Shown: positions 35,443 to 45,454 of the stretch, piece by piece
Position numbering within the stretch: the first letter of the stretch is position 1
Layout of the letters: every line of letters starts with the position of its first letter
NCBI GenBank assembly: GCA_963744995.1
Contig: CAVUWA010000011.1
Span: forward strand, 21,577-85,576
Direction: 5' to 3'
From: Candidatus Eiseniibacteriota bacterium
GTDB taxonomy: Bacteria > Eisenbacteria > RBG-16-71-46
Length of the DNA stretch: 64,000 bases
Position numbers and translations under genes: made by a program
The notes under the pieces: generated by a model
Told to the model about the DNA's origin: nothing
Databases searched by the model: none
Seen by the model: only the letters and a program-made list of their open reading frames with translations

Positions 35443-35940
35443 ATGATGAACCGCAAGCATACGAAGGTGATTGCCGGCCTGATCCTCGCCGCCGCCGTCG
35501 TGACCACGATGGCGCCGGCCGCTGAGGCGGCGCGCCATCGCGGCCACAACAGCCACTCGAAGCCGGTCTATGCGCCGCACGCGCGCTACCGCACGCCGGC
35601 GCCGCCGGTGCGCTACGTACGCCCCCGCCCGCAGCGGGTCGTGCGCTACTACCACCGTCACGACAGCCACGAGGGTTTCGCGTTCCTGGGCGGCCTGCTG
35701 CTCGGCGCGGTGATCAGCAACGCGGCACACGCGAACCACTACTTCTACGCCGATCCCTACTGCGACCTGCGCTTCTCGAGCCTCGCGGCGTACGACGCGC
35801 ACCTGCGCTACCACCACCACCCGGCGGTCGTGCACGTGATCGAGATCCGCTCGGGCGACTGGGTCGATTCGTACGCCTGGCGCGGGGACGGCTGGCGCCA
35901 CTACGAGACGGATCGCTGGGAATGCGGCTGGCAGCGCTAG
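35443..35940 (+). CDS. Secreted histidine-rich hypothetical protein
   Basis: AGGAG lies before the ATG, followed by a signal peptide. Several His clusters are present (HRGHNSH, YYHRHDSHEG, HANHYFY, HLRYHHHPAVVHV). Confidence 0.45.
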   Translation: MMNRKHTKVIAGLILAAAVVTTMAPAAEAARHRGHNSHSKPVYAPHARYRTPAPPVRYVRPRPQRVVRYYHRHDSHEGFAFLGGLLLGAVISNAAHANHYFYADPYCDLRFSSLAAYDAHLRYHHHPAVVHVIEIRSGDWVDSYAWRGDGWRHYETDRWECGWQR

Positions 35941-36145
35941 CGTAGCAACGATGTCACGGCGTGTGAGTCCGTGACGAGTGCAGCCGGAGACGGGGAGCGT
36001 CCGAGACTGCACAGCGGACTCACCGACACACGACGGGCGGTGCCTTCGGGCGCCGCCCGTTCGTGCTGGCCGCGCAGACCGCGGGCGCAGCGGCCTTGCG
36101 CCGTGCGCCATGCACGGCGAGCGAACGGCTCGGTCCGCCGCCGCC

Positions 36146-37462
36146 TCAATGCCGGCGATATCGCGCCAGCAATGCGTCGACCGCGGCGGTCACGGTCCGG
36201 CGCGGGAACACGGCATTCGCGTCCGCGCCGCCTTCGAGGAGGTGACGGATCACGCCCAGGTAGTCGCGGCCGGTGAAGCCGGAGTTCTCGACGGCGTACA
36301 CCGCGGTGTCGAGCACGGTGCCGCCGAAGCCGTTCTTCCGCTCGAGCTGCGCGCCCCGCGCCACCAGCAGGCGGACGGTGTCCGCCCGCCCCTGCCACGC
36401 GGCGTGGTGGATCGCCGTCCCGCCCCAGTCGCCGACGGTCTCGATGTCGAATCCGGCGTCGAGCAGGCCCTCGACGCCACGGGTGTTGCCGTCGGCCGCC
36501 ACCTGGACGATCGTCAGGCGGTCCAGGTGCGAGAGTCGGGCGGGCAGGCCGGGGTCGGCGTCCCGCAGCGCCTTCGCCGCGGCGCCGTCGCCGGCTGCAC
36601 AGCGCGCGATGAACGCGCTCACCGGATCGAGCGTCACGTCGGCGCCGTGGCGCTCGAACAGCGCCGTCACGTCCGTGCGCCCGAGCCGGGCCGCCAGCGC
36701 GTACGCCGAGAGTCCGCCGTGCATGCTCACGTCCGGGTTCGCGCCGCGCGCGAGGAGCCGCTCGAAGAACGCCGTCGCCCGCGAGCGCAGCAGCGCCTGA
36801 TGGAGCGCCGCCTTGCCGTAGGGCGCCGTGTGGTTCGGGTCCGCCCCGGCGTCGAGCAGCTGCTCCATGCCGGCGAGGTCGTCCCAGTCGAGCCGGTGGA
36901 GCAGCGCGGTCGCGCCGCCGTCGGCGCCGAGTCCGTGCTCGAACAGCATGAGCGCGCACTCGAGATCGTCCCGCTCGACCGCGTGGTAGGGCGACTCGCC
37001 GTCGTTGGGATCGGCGCCCGCATCGAGCAGCATCTTCGTGAGCGGCGCGTCATGCGCGATCCCGCACGCGCCATAGAGCGCGCTTTCGCGGCCGTGGTCC
37101 GCTTCCGGCGGATCGATCCAGAACGCGTTGGGGTCCGCGCCCGCATCGAGCAGGCGCCTCGCGCATTCGCGCATGGCCGGACGGCGTTCGGGGTCGTCGC
37201 GCAGGAAGCGCGAGAACGTCAGATAGAGGAGCGGCGCCCAGTCGCGCGGTCCGTCCTTCCCGGTCGCGCACGCGGGGTCTTCGGCGAGGAAGGCGTCCAG
37301 CGCCGCCACGTCACCGCTGAGCGCCGCGGCCCACGCCGCTGCACGCGGCAGGTCCGGATGCCCGCTCAGCAGCTCGCGCGCGCGGTCCAGGTCCCCGTCA
37401 CGGTGGGTGGCGGGCACGACGGCGGCCTCGGCGAAGGCGCGGAGAACGGCGGCATCGCTCAT
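36146..37462 (-). CDS. Ankyrin-repeat protein
   Basis: Ankyrin-like repeats recur (LLDAGADPN...). I chose the start MSDAAVLRAF. The longer ORF-track entry to 38128 is an Arg-rich 5' read-through. Confidence 0.7.
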   Translation of the reverse strand: MSDAAVLRAFAEAAVVPATHRDGDLDRARELLSGHPDLPRAAAWAAALSGDVAALDAFLAEDPACATGKDGPRDWAPLLYLTFSRFLRDDPERRPAMRECARRLLDAGADPNAFWIDPPEADHGRESALYGACGIAHDAPLTKMLLDAGADPNDGESPYHAVERDDLECALMLFEHGLGADGGATALLHRLDWDDLAGMEQLLDAGADPNHTAPYGKAALHQALLRSRATAFFERLLARGANPDVSMHGGLSAYALAARLGRTDVTALFERHGADVTLDPVSAFIARCAAGDGAAAKALRDADPGLPARLSHLDRLTIVQVAADGNTRGVEGLLDAGFDIETVGDWGGTAIHHAAWQGRADTVRLLVARGAQLERKNGFGGTVLDTAVYAVENSGFTGRDYLGVIRHLLEGGADANAVFPRRTVTAAVDALLARYRRH

Positions 37463-37560
37463 GGCCCGGCAGGGTACGCGACGGCGCCGCTTCGATTCAC
37501 GCGGCCGGCGACCGGAGCCGGGACACGGGGCACGAGCGCGGCGGGTGCGCCGCACCCGCT

Positions 37561-39027
37561 TCAGGCGGCCAGCAGCTCGCCGACGTCCACCACGTGCTCC
37601 TCGGGCCGGAGCACCCGAACGACGCGCTCGGAATCCGGCATCGGATTCCAGGTCTCGGCGCTCTCTTCGGGCTCGAGCGTGCCGTCGGGACGGACCAGCA
37701 CGCGGCAGTACGGACGCCGCGGGTCCTGATGGTTCGGGCTCAGCGCCAGCACGACGTAGCCCGATTCGGTCTGCAGCATCGAGCCCGCCGGGTAGAGCCC
37801 GACCGCGCGCGCCAGCGCCCACAGCACGGCCGGGTCGAACGAGACGCGCGACGGCCCCATCATGTACTGCAGGGCTTCGAACGACGAGCGCGGCCGCTTG
37901 TGATAGGCGCGGTGCGCGGTGATCGCGTCGAAGCAGTCGGCGACCGCCACGATGCGCGACAGCGTCGCCTGGCCCCAGTCGGCGTCGATCTCGGGATAGC
38001 CGGTGCGGTCGAAATTCATGTGGTGCTCGAGACAGACGCGCATCGAGTCGATCGCGAGCGGCGAGAGCCCCGGCATCCGCGTCAGCATGCGCACGCCTTC
38101 GAGCGGGTGCCGGCGCATGAGCCGCCATTCTTCCGACGTGAGCGCCGCGGGCTTCTGCAGCACGTCGGCCGGCACGGCGATCTTGCCCATGTCGTGGAGC
38201 AGCGCCGATACGCCGAGGTCGGCGAGGGTCTGGCGCGACAGCCCCAGCACCTGCCCCATGCCCACCGACATCACGCTCACGTTCACGCAGTGCGCGTAGG
38301 TGTACTCGTCGTGATCCTTGAGCGCCGTGAGCCCCACGATCGAGTACTCGTGGCGCATGATGCTGTCGACCACCGGCTGCACGAGACGCTTCGCGTGACG
38401 CAGGTCGGGGCGGCCGTTCTGCTGCGCACGCAGCAGGATCTTCTTGGTGCCGAGCACCGCCCGCCAGAACACGCGCTTCGCGCGACCGCGTTCGGTGGAC
38501 TGGTCGTTCCGCTCGTCGAGCTGCCTGGTGAGGTCGTCTTCGTCCAGTTCCACGGCCGGCACCGGCACGACGTGCTCGATGCTCGCCTCGCGGACCATTT
38601 CCGGCAGCCGCTCGGCCATCGCCGGGTCCTCGGCGCCGAGGAACAGCTGGAAGAAGCGCTCGAGCTCGGGCGCCGACAGCCCCGGCAGGAACCGCACCCC
38701 GCCGAGCGAGCGGCGCTCGAACTCCGCCATCAGCGTGTGATAGACGGCGAGCAGCTGCTTCTGCGCGCGGACCCGCACGCCGTTCAGATAGAAGTAGTCG
38801 GCCACCGCGACCAGCGCGACTTCGTCCTCGTCCTCGTCGTAGATCTTCTGGAACGTGGCGAGGCAGTCGATGAGCTGGCGCTGAAACGCCTGGTTCGTGA
38901 TGTCGTAGGTGCGCGCGGTCCTCAGCAGTGCCGTCAGACGGATCAGCAGCGCCGCGCCGAGCGCGCCGATCGTCTCGCTGTTGTCGCCTTCGCCCGAGGC
39001 GCTTCTGGGACGCGGGGCTTCAGTCAC
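37561..39027 (-). CDS. HD-GYP domain c-di-GMP phosphodiesterase-like protein
   Basis: HDMGK...HHMNFDRTGYP forms the HD plus GYP signature, preceded by an N-terminal sensory region. Confidence 0.75.
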   Translation of the reverse strand: MTEAPRPRSASGEGDNSETIGALGAALLIRLTALLRTARTYDITNQAFQRQLIDCLATFQKIYDEDEDEVALVAVADYFYLNGVRVRAQKQLLAVYHTLMAEFERRSLGGVRFLPGLSAPELERFFQLFLGAEDPAMAERLPEMVREASIEHVVPVPAVELDEDDLTRQLDERNDQSTERGRAKRVFWRAVLGTKKILLRAQQNGRPDLRHAKRLVQPVVDSIMRHEYSIVGLTALKDHDEYTYAHCVNVSVMSVGMGQVLGLSRQTLADLGVSALLHDMGKIAVPADVLQKPAALTSEEWRLMRRHPLEGVRMLTRMPGLSPLAIDSMRVCLEHHMNFDRTGYPEIDADWGQATLSRIVAVADCFDAITAHRAYHKRPRSSFEALQYMMGPSRVSFDPAVLWALARAVGLYPAGSMLQTESGYVVLALSPNHQDPRRPYCRVLVRPDGTLEPEESAETWNPMPDSERVVRVLRPEEHVVDVGELLAA

Positions 39028-40762
39028 GGGCGTTCCATCCGCCGAGGGCGTCGACGCAGGCCTTCTTCACGGGGCTGCGGCGCGACTCCGCGCCGCGTTC
39101 CAGGATCGCGCGCGCGAGCGGCGTCCCGATGCGCGCGACGATCCGGGCGAGGGCCTGCCGATGCGCCTCCTGCGCACGCGAGAACCAGCTCGTGCGGTGC
39201 AGGTCGGCTTCGATCTCGGGGAGCACTTCGTCGCCGCCGGTGCTGGACAGCGCCGAATAGATCGCCCGCTTCTCCTCGGTCGAGCGCTGCTCGAAGCCGG
39301 GATCCTGCATCATCGCGAGCAGCATGCGCGCGGTGAACGCATCGCGCTCGACCGACAGCTGATGCAGCACCGCCGAGAACATGCGGGCATCGGACGTGTC
39401 GAGCAGCCTGAGCAGCAGCGGGCGCGCGAGACGGAAATCCACCTGGCCGAGCGCGGCCACGACTTCGTGGCGCACGCGCACGTCGGGATGCCGCAGCACG
39501 CTCTCCAGCAGGCCGACGATGCCGTTGCCGCCGATCCAGCCGAGGATGTACACGGTGTTGCGCACCACGTACCAGCGCGGATCCGACATGTGCGGCGCCA
39601 GCCGTTCCGGGTTGTCGTGGCACAGTTCGGCCACGGCCTCGGCGAGCATGCGCCGGTTGCGCCGGTTCTGACTCTCGGCGAGCAGCAGCATCAGCCAGTC
39701 GACCGCCGCGTCGCCGAGCCCGCGCGCGAAGCCGATCATGTCGACGACCGACGAGGCGTCCATCTGGTCCATCCGCTCGACGGTGCCCGACACCGAGATC
39801 GGCTGCTGCAGCTCCTGCACGAAGTTCGAGGCGTTCCAGGCGCCCGCGTCGCATTCCTTGAGCAGGTAGGCGGCTTCGCGCGCTTCGAGCCAGCTGGCGT
39901 GGGCGACGGCCTGGCGCAGCACGCGCGGCAGGAACGCGCCGATCTCGCGGCGGTCTTCGTCGGTGAGCTCGCTGGCAAGCACCGCGTTCGCGATCGCCAG
40001 CATCGCAGTCACCGGCGTGACCGCGTGCTCGGCATGGTACTCGTCGTGGAAGCGCGCGACCTCGCCCGGTGCGAGCTCGTCGAGTTCGGCGAAACCTGCC
40101 TCGATCTCCACGGTCTGATCGCCGACCGTCCAGTCGTCGGAACGGCCGGTGGTCGGCTCGTCCGGCTCGGCGTCCTCTTCCCCGGTCGCGCCTCCCTCCT
40201 GCGTCTCTTCCTCGCCGCCCGCAGTCGGCCACGGCACCAGCTCACCCGACTCCTGGCCGGCGGCGCCGCCGAGGTCGCCCTCCGACGGCACGTAGTCGAT
40301 CTCGATGTGCTGGAGGTTCGCCTCCCAGAGCAGGGTGACCAGGTCGTCGTCGCTTTCGCGCACGCCGGTGACCCGCAGCAGCCCGTCGATCAGCGCGCCC
40401 AGCTCGCGGCCGTCGATGCCGCGCTCGAAGGTGATCGCGCGGATGCCGTCCTGGTAGAACGGCAGCGCGAAGTTGTCATCGCGCGAGCGCGCCGGATAGA
40501 GCGACACGTCCTCGTAGAACACGTCCTCCGACGTGAACCGGTAGCGCAGGGAGGACTGCTCTTGGAGCAGTTTGCGCAGCGACGAGCCCAGATCCTCGCG
40601 AAAGCGGATCACCGTGGGATTGTTCTGGTCGTAGAGACGGCAGGTCTTGAGCGTTCGCGCGAACTGATTCAGCCACGCGGAGGCCGCCTTGACGGACACG
40701 TCCTGGTCGGGCGCGCTGCCGTCCTGGGGCACGTCCTGTGTCGGCTGAATGGGATCGTTCAT
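39020..40762 (-). CDS. HEAT/PBS-lyase-like repeat protein (start chosen at MNDPIQPTQ)
   Basis: The C-terminus has HEAT-like repeats (RWYVVRNTVYILGWIGGNGIVGLLESVLRHPDVRVRHEVVAALGQV) and an acidic linker. Its stop overlaps the HD-GYP start by 8 nt. Confidence 0.5.
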   Translation of the reverse strand: MNDPIQPTQDVPQDGSAPDQDVSVKAASAWLNQFARTLKTCRLYDQNNPTVIRFREDLGSSLRKLLQEQSSLRYRFTSEDVFYEDVSLYPARSRDDNFALPFYQDGIRAITFERGIDGRELGALIDGLLRVTGVRESDDDLVTLLWEANLQHIEIDYVPSEGDLGGAAGQESGELVPWPTAGGEEETQEGGATGEEDAEPDEPTTGRSDDWTVGDQTVEIEAGFAELDELAPGEVARFHDEYHAEHAVTPVTAMLAIANAVLASELTDEDRREIGAFLPRVLRQAVAHASWLEAREAAYLLKECDAGAWNASNFVQELQQPISVSGTVERMDQMDASSVVDMIGFARGLGDAAVDWLMLLLAESQNRRNRRMLAEAVAELCHDNPERLAPHMSDPRWYVVRNTVYILGWIGGNGIVGLLESVLRHPDVRVRHEVVAALGQVDFRLARPLLLRLLDTSDARMFSAVLHQLSVERDAFTARMLLAMMQDPGFEQRSTEEKRAIYSALSSTGGDEVLPEIEADLHRTSWFSRAQEAHRQALARIVARIGTPLARAILERGAESRRSPVKKACVDALGGWNARD

Positions 40763-41159
40763 GGATGAGGTCGGCGCTGTCGACGGAACCGGATGCCGAT
40801 GGCATGCGACGCGCGCATGCCGCGACGCCCCGCGTCCGGGGCGTCCATGGACCGGCCTTTCCCGGTATCGGCGTGGCGGCCGATTCCCTTGAACCGCAAT
40901 CGCACGGCCGGCGCGGTTCGCGGCGCCGAATACGGTGCGGCGGGGCCGCCGGGCGCGGCGCGTGACCGGCGCCGGAGACCGCGCCCGAGACCGGGTCGCG
41001 AGGCGGCCCGGCGTAGCGCGCGGATCGAAACGGAGCGGCGAACCCGTCCCGGGCGGCTCGCACTGACAATCTGTCCGTGGTGGAACTCCACAACCCTTTC
41101 GCGGGTATGGCGTTTCGTCTCCGGCTCGTGGCACGTCCATTGCGGTCGCAACGGCCCCT

Positions 41160-42155
41160 GTGGCGTCACAACCTGTAACTCCATTGAAGAGCGAGGATTT
41201 CGTGTCCGAGCCGGCTCTTGCAGACGGACCGCGCCCGGCGATATCGGTCGTTCAGCCGCCCAAAACCGTGCAGAAAGCACGAACGGGCCCGAGGGCCGAC
41301 TGGGTCGCGCTCGCGCTGCTCGTCGCGGTCCCCCTCGCCCTGACCGTCTGGGGCCGGGCGTACTACGGCGCTCCGGTCGAGGCGCGGGTGCGCAACGGCC
41401 TGCATCCCCTGTTGCGCTCCTCGGGGCTGGTCGGTCAGAGCCTCGGGCTCGCGGGCCTCGCGATGTTCCTGTTCATGTGGCTCTACCCGATCCGCAAGAG
41501 CGTGCGCGCCTTCGCACGGCTCGGCTCGCTGGCCGCCTGGCTGCGCATTCACGTCGTCATCGGGCTCGCGCTGCCGGTCGTCGTGGCGGTCCACGCCGGC
41601 TGGCGTTTCAACGGTCTCGTCGGCCTCGGCTACCTGTCCATGGTCATCGTGTGCGCGAGCGGCATCATCGGCCGTTACCTCTACGCCAGCATGCCGCGGC
41701 GCCGCGACGGTCTCGACATGTCGCGCGAGGAAGTCGTGAACCGCCGCCGCACGCTCGTGACGGAGATCGCCGCGCATCTGGACCTGACGCCGCTCGAGGT
41801 CGAGCACGCGCTCGAGTCGATCCAGCGCCCCGAGCCCGCGAAGGGCCTCGCCGGCTCGGTGCGCCGCCTCCTGACCGACGGCTTCATGCGCGCCCGCGCG
41901 TTGCGCCGGCTGCGGACGACGTGGCTCGCGCCGCGTGCCGGCCGCGCCGCGCTCGACCGCAGAACGCTCGATCAGGCCATGGCGCTCGCCAGTCAGGAGA
42001 TCCGCTTCGGCCAGCAGCTGCAGATGCTCGCATTCACGCAGCGCATCTTCCACTACTGGCACGTCGCCCACCGCCCGTTCGCGATCACCGCGCTCGTCGC
42101 GGTGCTCGTGCACGTCGCGGTCGCGTACTTCACGGGCGCGACCTTCCTCGGCTGA
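41160..42155 (+). CDS. Polytopic membrane protein with His pairs on TM helices (b-type heme/ferric-reductase-like candidate)
   Basis: It has five predicted TM helices. Conserved His sit in TM3 (RIHVVIGLALPVVVAVHAGW) and TM5 (FHYWHVAHRPFAITALVAVLVHV). The start is uncertain. Confidence 0.4.
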   Translation: MASQPVTPLKSEDFVSEPALADGPRPAISVVQPPKTVQKARTGPRADWVALALLVAVPLALTVWGRAYYGAPVEARVRNGLHPLLRSSGLVGQSLGLAGLAMFLFMWLYPIRKSVRAFARLGSLAAWLRIHVVIGLALPVVVAVHAGWRFNGLVGLGYLSMVIVCASGIIGRYLYASMPRRRDGLDMSREEVVNRRRTLVTEIAAHLDLTPLEVEHALESIQRPEPAKGLAGSVRRLLTDGFMRARALRRLRTTWLAPRAGRAALDRRTLDQAMALASQEIRFGQQLQMLAFTQRIFHYWHVAHRPFAITALVAVLVHVAVAYFTGATFLG

Positions 42156-42156
42156 C

Positions 42157-43608
42157 ATGCTGATCTCGATTGCGGCCTTCGTGCTGATCACCGCGATCAG
42201 CGTCTGGTTGCACGTGCGCGCGGGGACCCCGGGTCCGAAGTCCGCGGCCGGCCCCGCGTGCCCGCGTTGCCGCACGCCGCTGCCGCCCGGGGCCGACGCG
42301 TGCCCGGCGTGCGGCGTGCCGCTGCAGGCGCTCGAGCTGGTGGCCGCACCGATCGCGGACGAGCCGGAACCGGCCGCGGCGGCCGACGCCACCGCGCCGC
42401 AGGCGATGCACGCGATGGTCCGCGCGGACGTATGCGTGGGCTGCGGCGCCTGCGTGCCGGTGTGCCCGGAGCCCGGTGCGATCCGGCTCGAGCACAAGCT
42501 GGCGATCGTGAACACCGACCTCTGCAAGGGGCATGGCGAGTGCGTCGCCGCCTGCCCGGTGGGCGGCATCCTGCTGACCTCGGGCGATGCGGTGCAGCGC
42601 ATCGAGACGCCCGACCTCGACGTCTACTTCCAGTCCAACGTGCCCGGGCTCTACGTGGTCGGCGAGCTCGGCGGCCGCGGACTCATCAAGAACGCGGTGA
42701 ACGAGGGCAAGCTCGCGGTCGAGCACGTCGCCAGGCAGATCCGCGGCAACAGCCTGTTCGCGCGGCGCAGCGGCGACGTCTACGACGTCGCGATCGTCGG
42801 CTCGGGCCCGGCCGGTTTGAGTGCCGGCCTCGAAGCGCTGCGCGCCGGTCTGCGCTACGCCCTGCTCGAGCAGGGCGATCTGTCGGATACGATCCGCCGC
42901 TACCCGCGCCACAAGCTGCTGCTCGCCGAGCCGGTGCGCATGCCGCTCTACGGCGATCTCTGGGTCGCCGACGCGTCGAAGGAGTCGCTGCTCCAAGTCT
43001 GGGACACCATGATTCGCCGCACCGGCCTGCGCGTGCACACGCAGCAGCGCGTCGCGGGCGTCGAATGGCGCGGCGACCGGTTCGTGCTCGCCACCCCCGA
43101 TCGCGAGTGGCACGCCCACCACGTCGTGCTCGCGCTCGGCCGGCGCGGGACGCCGCGCCGCCTGGCCGTCCCCGGCGAGGAGCGCCCGAAGGTGTTCTAC
43201 GACATCGTGGAGATGGAGGCCTTCGCCGGCGCGCACGTGCTGGTGGTCGGCGGCGGCGACAGCGCGGTCGAGTCGGCCGTGGGGCTGGCCAACCAGGCGC
43301 ACACGACGGTGACGCTCAGCTACCGCGGCGACGCGTGCTCGCGGGTGAAGGCGCGCAACGTCGAGAAGCTCGAGGCCGAGATCGCGCGCGGCCGGATCCG
43401 CATGCTCTACGGCAGCCAGGTGCTGGAGATCGGCGAGCAGGACGTCACGCTCGACGTGCGGGGCGAGCGGCTCACGCTGCCCAACGAATACGTCATCGTC
43501 CGCATCGGCGGTGTGGCGCCGTACGGATTCCTCGAGCGGATCGGCGTGCGCATCGTGACGCGCGAACTGTCGCTCGGGCAGGCCGCGCAGGCGGCCGCGG
43601 GAGCATGA
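42157..43608 (+). CDS. Membrane-anchored zinc-ribbon plus 2x[4Fe-4S] ferredoxin domain fused to FAD/NAD(P)-dependent pyridine nucleotide-disulfide oxidoreductase
   Basis: An N-terminal TM helix is followed by CPRC...CPAC, then CVGCGACVPVCP and CKGHGECVAACP. The blocks DVAIVGSGPAGLSAG (FAD) and HVLVVGGGDSAVESA (NAD(P)) follow. Confidence 0.65.
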   Translation: MLISIAAFVLITAISVWLHVRAGTPGPKSAAGPACPRCRTPLPPGADACPACGVPLQALELVAAPIADEPEPAAAADATAPQAMHAMVRADVCVGCGACVPVCPEPGAIRLEHKLAIVNTDLCKGHGECVAACPVGGILLTSGDAVQRIETPDLDVYFQSNVPGLYVVGELGGRGLIKNAVNEGKLAVEHVARQIRGNSLFARRSGDVYDVAIVGSGPAGLSAGLEALRAGLRYALLEQGDLSDTIRRYPRHKLLLAEPVRMPLYGDLWVADASKESLLQVWDTMIRRTGLRVHTQQRVAGVEWRGDRFVLATPDREWHAHHVVLALGRRGTPRRLAVPGEERPKVFYDIVEMEAFAGAHVLVVGGGDSAVESAVGLANQAHTTVTLSYRGDACSRVKARNVEKLEAEIARGRIRMLYGSQVLEIGEQDVTLDVRGERLTLPNEYVIVRIGGVAPYGFLERIGVRIVTRELSLGQAAQAAAGA

Positions 43609-43615
43609 GCGGACC

Positions 43616-45454
43616 ATGCGCACGCTCCGGGTCATGCTCGCCCTCGCTCTGGCGGCGGCATCGGGAGCCGGTGTGGCCCGTGCGCAGATCTCGCCGGGGC
43701 CGCTGGCTCGGGCACACGCCGATCTCGACGGCTCGACGAACTGCCTCAAGTGCCACGTGCGGGGCGAGCCGATGAGCAACCGCTGCATGAGCTGCCACAC
43801 CGAAATCGCCGGGGCGCGGAAGGCGCGCCGCGGCCTGCATGGTGGCAAGGCGACCGGTGCGTGCGAGAGCTGCCACCCGGATCATGCCGGCCGCGACTTC
43901 GCACTGATCCAGTGGGAAGGCGGCTCGAAGGAATCGTTCGACCACGCACAGGTCGGATGGGCGCTGGAAGGCGCGCACGCGAAGACCGCATGCGCCGACT
44001 GCCACAAGCCGGCGTTCCAGCAGCCGGAAGCGGCCGCGCGCATCCGGATCAAGGACCGCACGCGCAGCTACCTGGCGCTCGACACCCGCTGCAACACCTG
44101 CCATGAGGATCCGCACAAGAACCGCTTCGGCACGGAGTGCTCGAAGTGCCACGGCACCGCGTCCTGGGAGAAGGTGCGCGAGGACGGCTTCGACCACGAG
44201 CTCACCCGCTACCCGCTGCGCGGGCGCCACGCGAAGCTGGAATGCGCGGCGTGCCACGACGAGAACAAGGCCTGGGGGGCGAAGCCCGCGTTCGCCGCGT
44301 GCGGCGACTGTCACGCCGACGCGCACGCCGGCCGGGCGCAGCTCGCCGGCCGGCCGGCCGACTGCGCCGCCTGCCACGACGTGCGTGGCTTCACACCCTC
44401 GACCATGCCGCTCGCCGAGCACGCGAAGACCGCATATCCGCTCGAGGGCCGCCACGCGAAGGTGGCATGCGCCCGCTGCCACCCGAAGGCCGCCCCCGCC
44501 GCACGCGCGGGGCACGGCACTGCGGGCGTGATCATGCGGCCGGGGTACGCGGCCTGCACGAGCTGCCACGCCGATGCGCATGGCGGCCAGCTCGCCGGGA
44601 AGGACGCGGCGTGCGGGCGCTGCCACGACGTGCGCGGTTTCAAGCCGAGCCGTTTCGGCGTCGCCGAGCACGCGCGCAGCGGATATGCCCTCACCGGCGC
44701 CCACGCGGACGCGGCATGTGCCACCTGCCACGGCGCCGCCCGCAGGGATCTGCCGGCTCCCGCCCGCGCGGCCGGCGCCGGCCAGGCGAAGTTCGTCTTC
44801 GCGATCGCCGAGCGCGCCTGCGCCGACTGCCACGCGGACGTGCATGCTGGATCCCTCACCGGCGCGCAGAAGGACGACCGCGGCTGCGCCGGCTGCCACG
44901 ACACCCGGCACTTCGAACCCTCCGCAGTCGATGCGGCCATGCACGACCGGTACGATTTCCGTCTCGAAGGCGCGCACCGCGCGGTGCCCTGTGTGGCGTG
45001 CCACGAGAGCCTCGAGACCCGTCTGCGCGGCGCCGTGCTCAAAGGGGTCGCCCGGAAGACGACCCCCATCACGTTCGCGCACGAGGACCGCACCTGCGCC
45101 GGTTGCCACGCCAACCCGCACGGCGACCAGTTCGCGGCCCGCAAGGGCGGCCGCGCGTGCGAGACCTGTCACGACGTCGAGCAGTTCGAGCCGGCCTCGA
45201 AGTTCGAGCACGACCGTGACGCGAAGTTCAAGCTGGAGGGCGTGCACGCGCGAATCGCGTGCGCCGCCTGTCACAGGCCGGCCGGCCGCGGCAGCAACGC
45301 CAGCGTCGTCTACCGGGGCACGCCGACGGCGTGCGAAGCCTGTCACCAGGCGGGAACGAACGGCGGTTCGCCCCGCCCCGATGGTTCATCGTCGCGCTCC
45401 ACGGGATCCGTCCCTGCCGCCCTCCGGGCGGCGCACGCGCGGGGAGGTGTCTGA
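43616..45454 (+). CDS. Periplasmic multiheme c-type cytochrome, 20 CXXCH motifs
   Basis: It has a signal peptide (MRTLRVMLALALAAASGAGVARA). I counted 20 CXXCH motifs (CLKCH, CMSCH, CESCH ... CEACH). Confidence 0.8.
   Translation: MRTLRVMLALALAAASGAGVARAQISPGPLARAHADLDGSTNCLKCHVRGEPMSNRCMSCHTEIAGARKARRGLHGGKATGACESCHPDHAGRDFALIQWEGGSKESFDHAQVGWALEGAHAKTACADCHKPAFQQPEAAARIRIKDRTRSYLALDTRCNTCHEDPHKNRFGTECSKCHGTASWEKVREDGFDHELTRYPLRGRHAKLECAACHDENKAWGAKPAFAACGDCHADAHAGRAQLAGRPADCAACHDVRGFTPSTMPLAEHAKTAYPLEGRHAKVACARCHPKAAPAARAGHGTAGVIMRPGYAACTSCHADAHGGQLAGKDAACGRCHDVRGFKPSRFGVAEHARSGYALTGAHADAACATCHGAARRDLPAPARAAGAGQAKFVFAIAERACADCHADVHAGSLTGAQKDDRGCAGCHDTRHFEPSAVDAAMHDRYDFRLEGAHRAVPCVACHESLETRLRGAVLKGVARKTTPITFAHEDRTCAGCHANPHGDQFAARKGGRACETCHDVEQFEPASKFEHDRDAKFKLEGVHARIACAACHRPAGRGSNASVVYRGTPTACEACHQAGTNGGSPRPDGSSSRSTGSVPAALRAAHARGGV

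Noticed and set aside
37463-38128. N-terminal 222 aa of the 660-aa ankyrin ORF (36146-38128)
   Set aside because: The extension is Arg/Ala-rich and overlaps the well-supported HD-GYP gene on the same strand in another frame. The ankyrin protein more plausibly starts at MSDAAVLRAF (37462).
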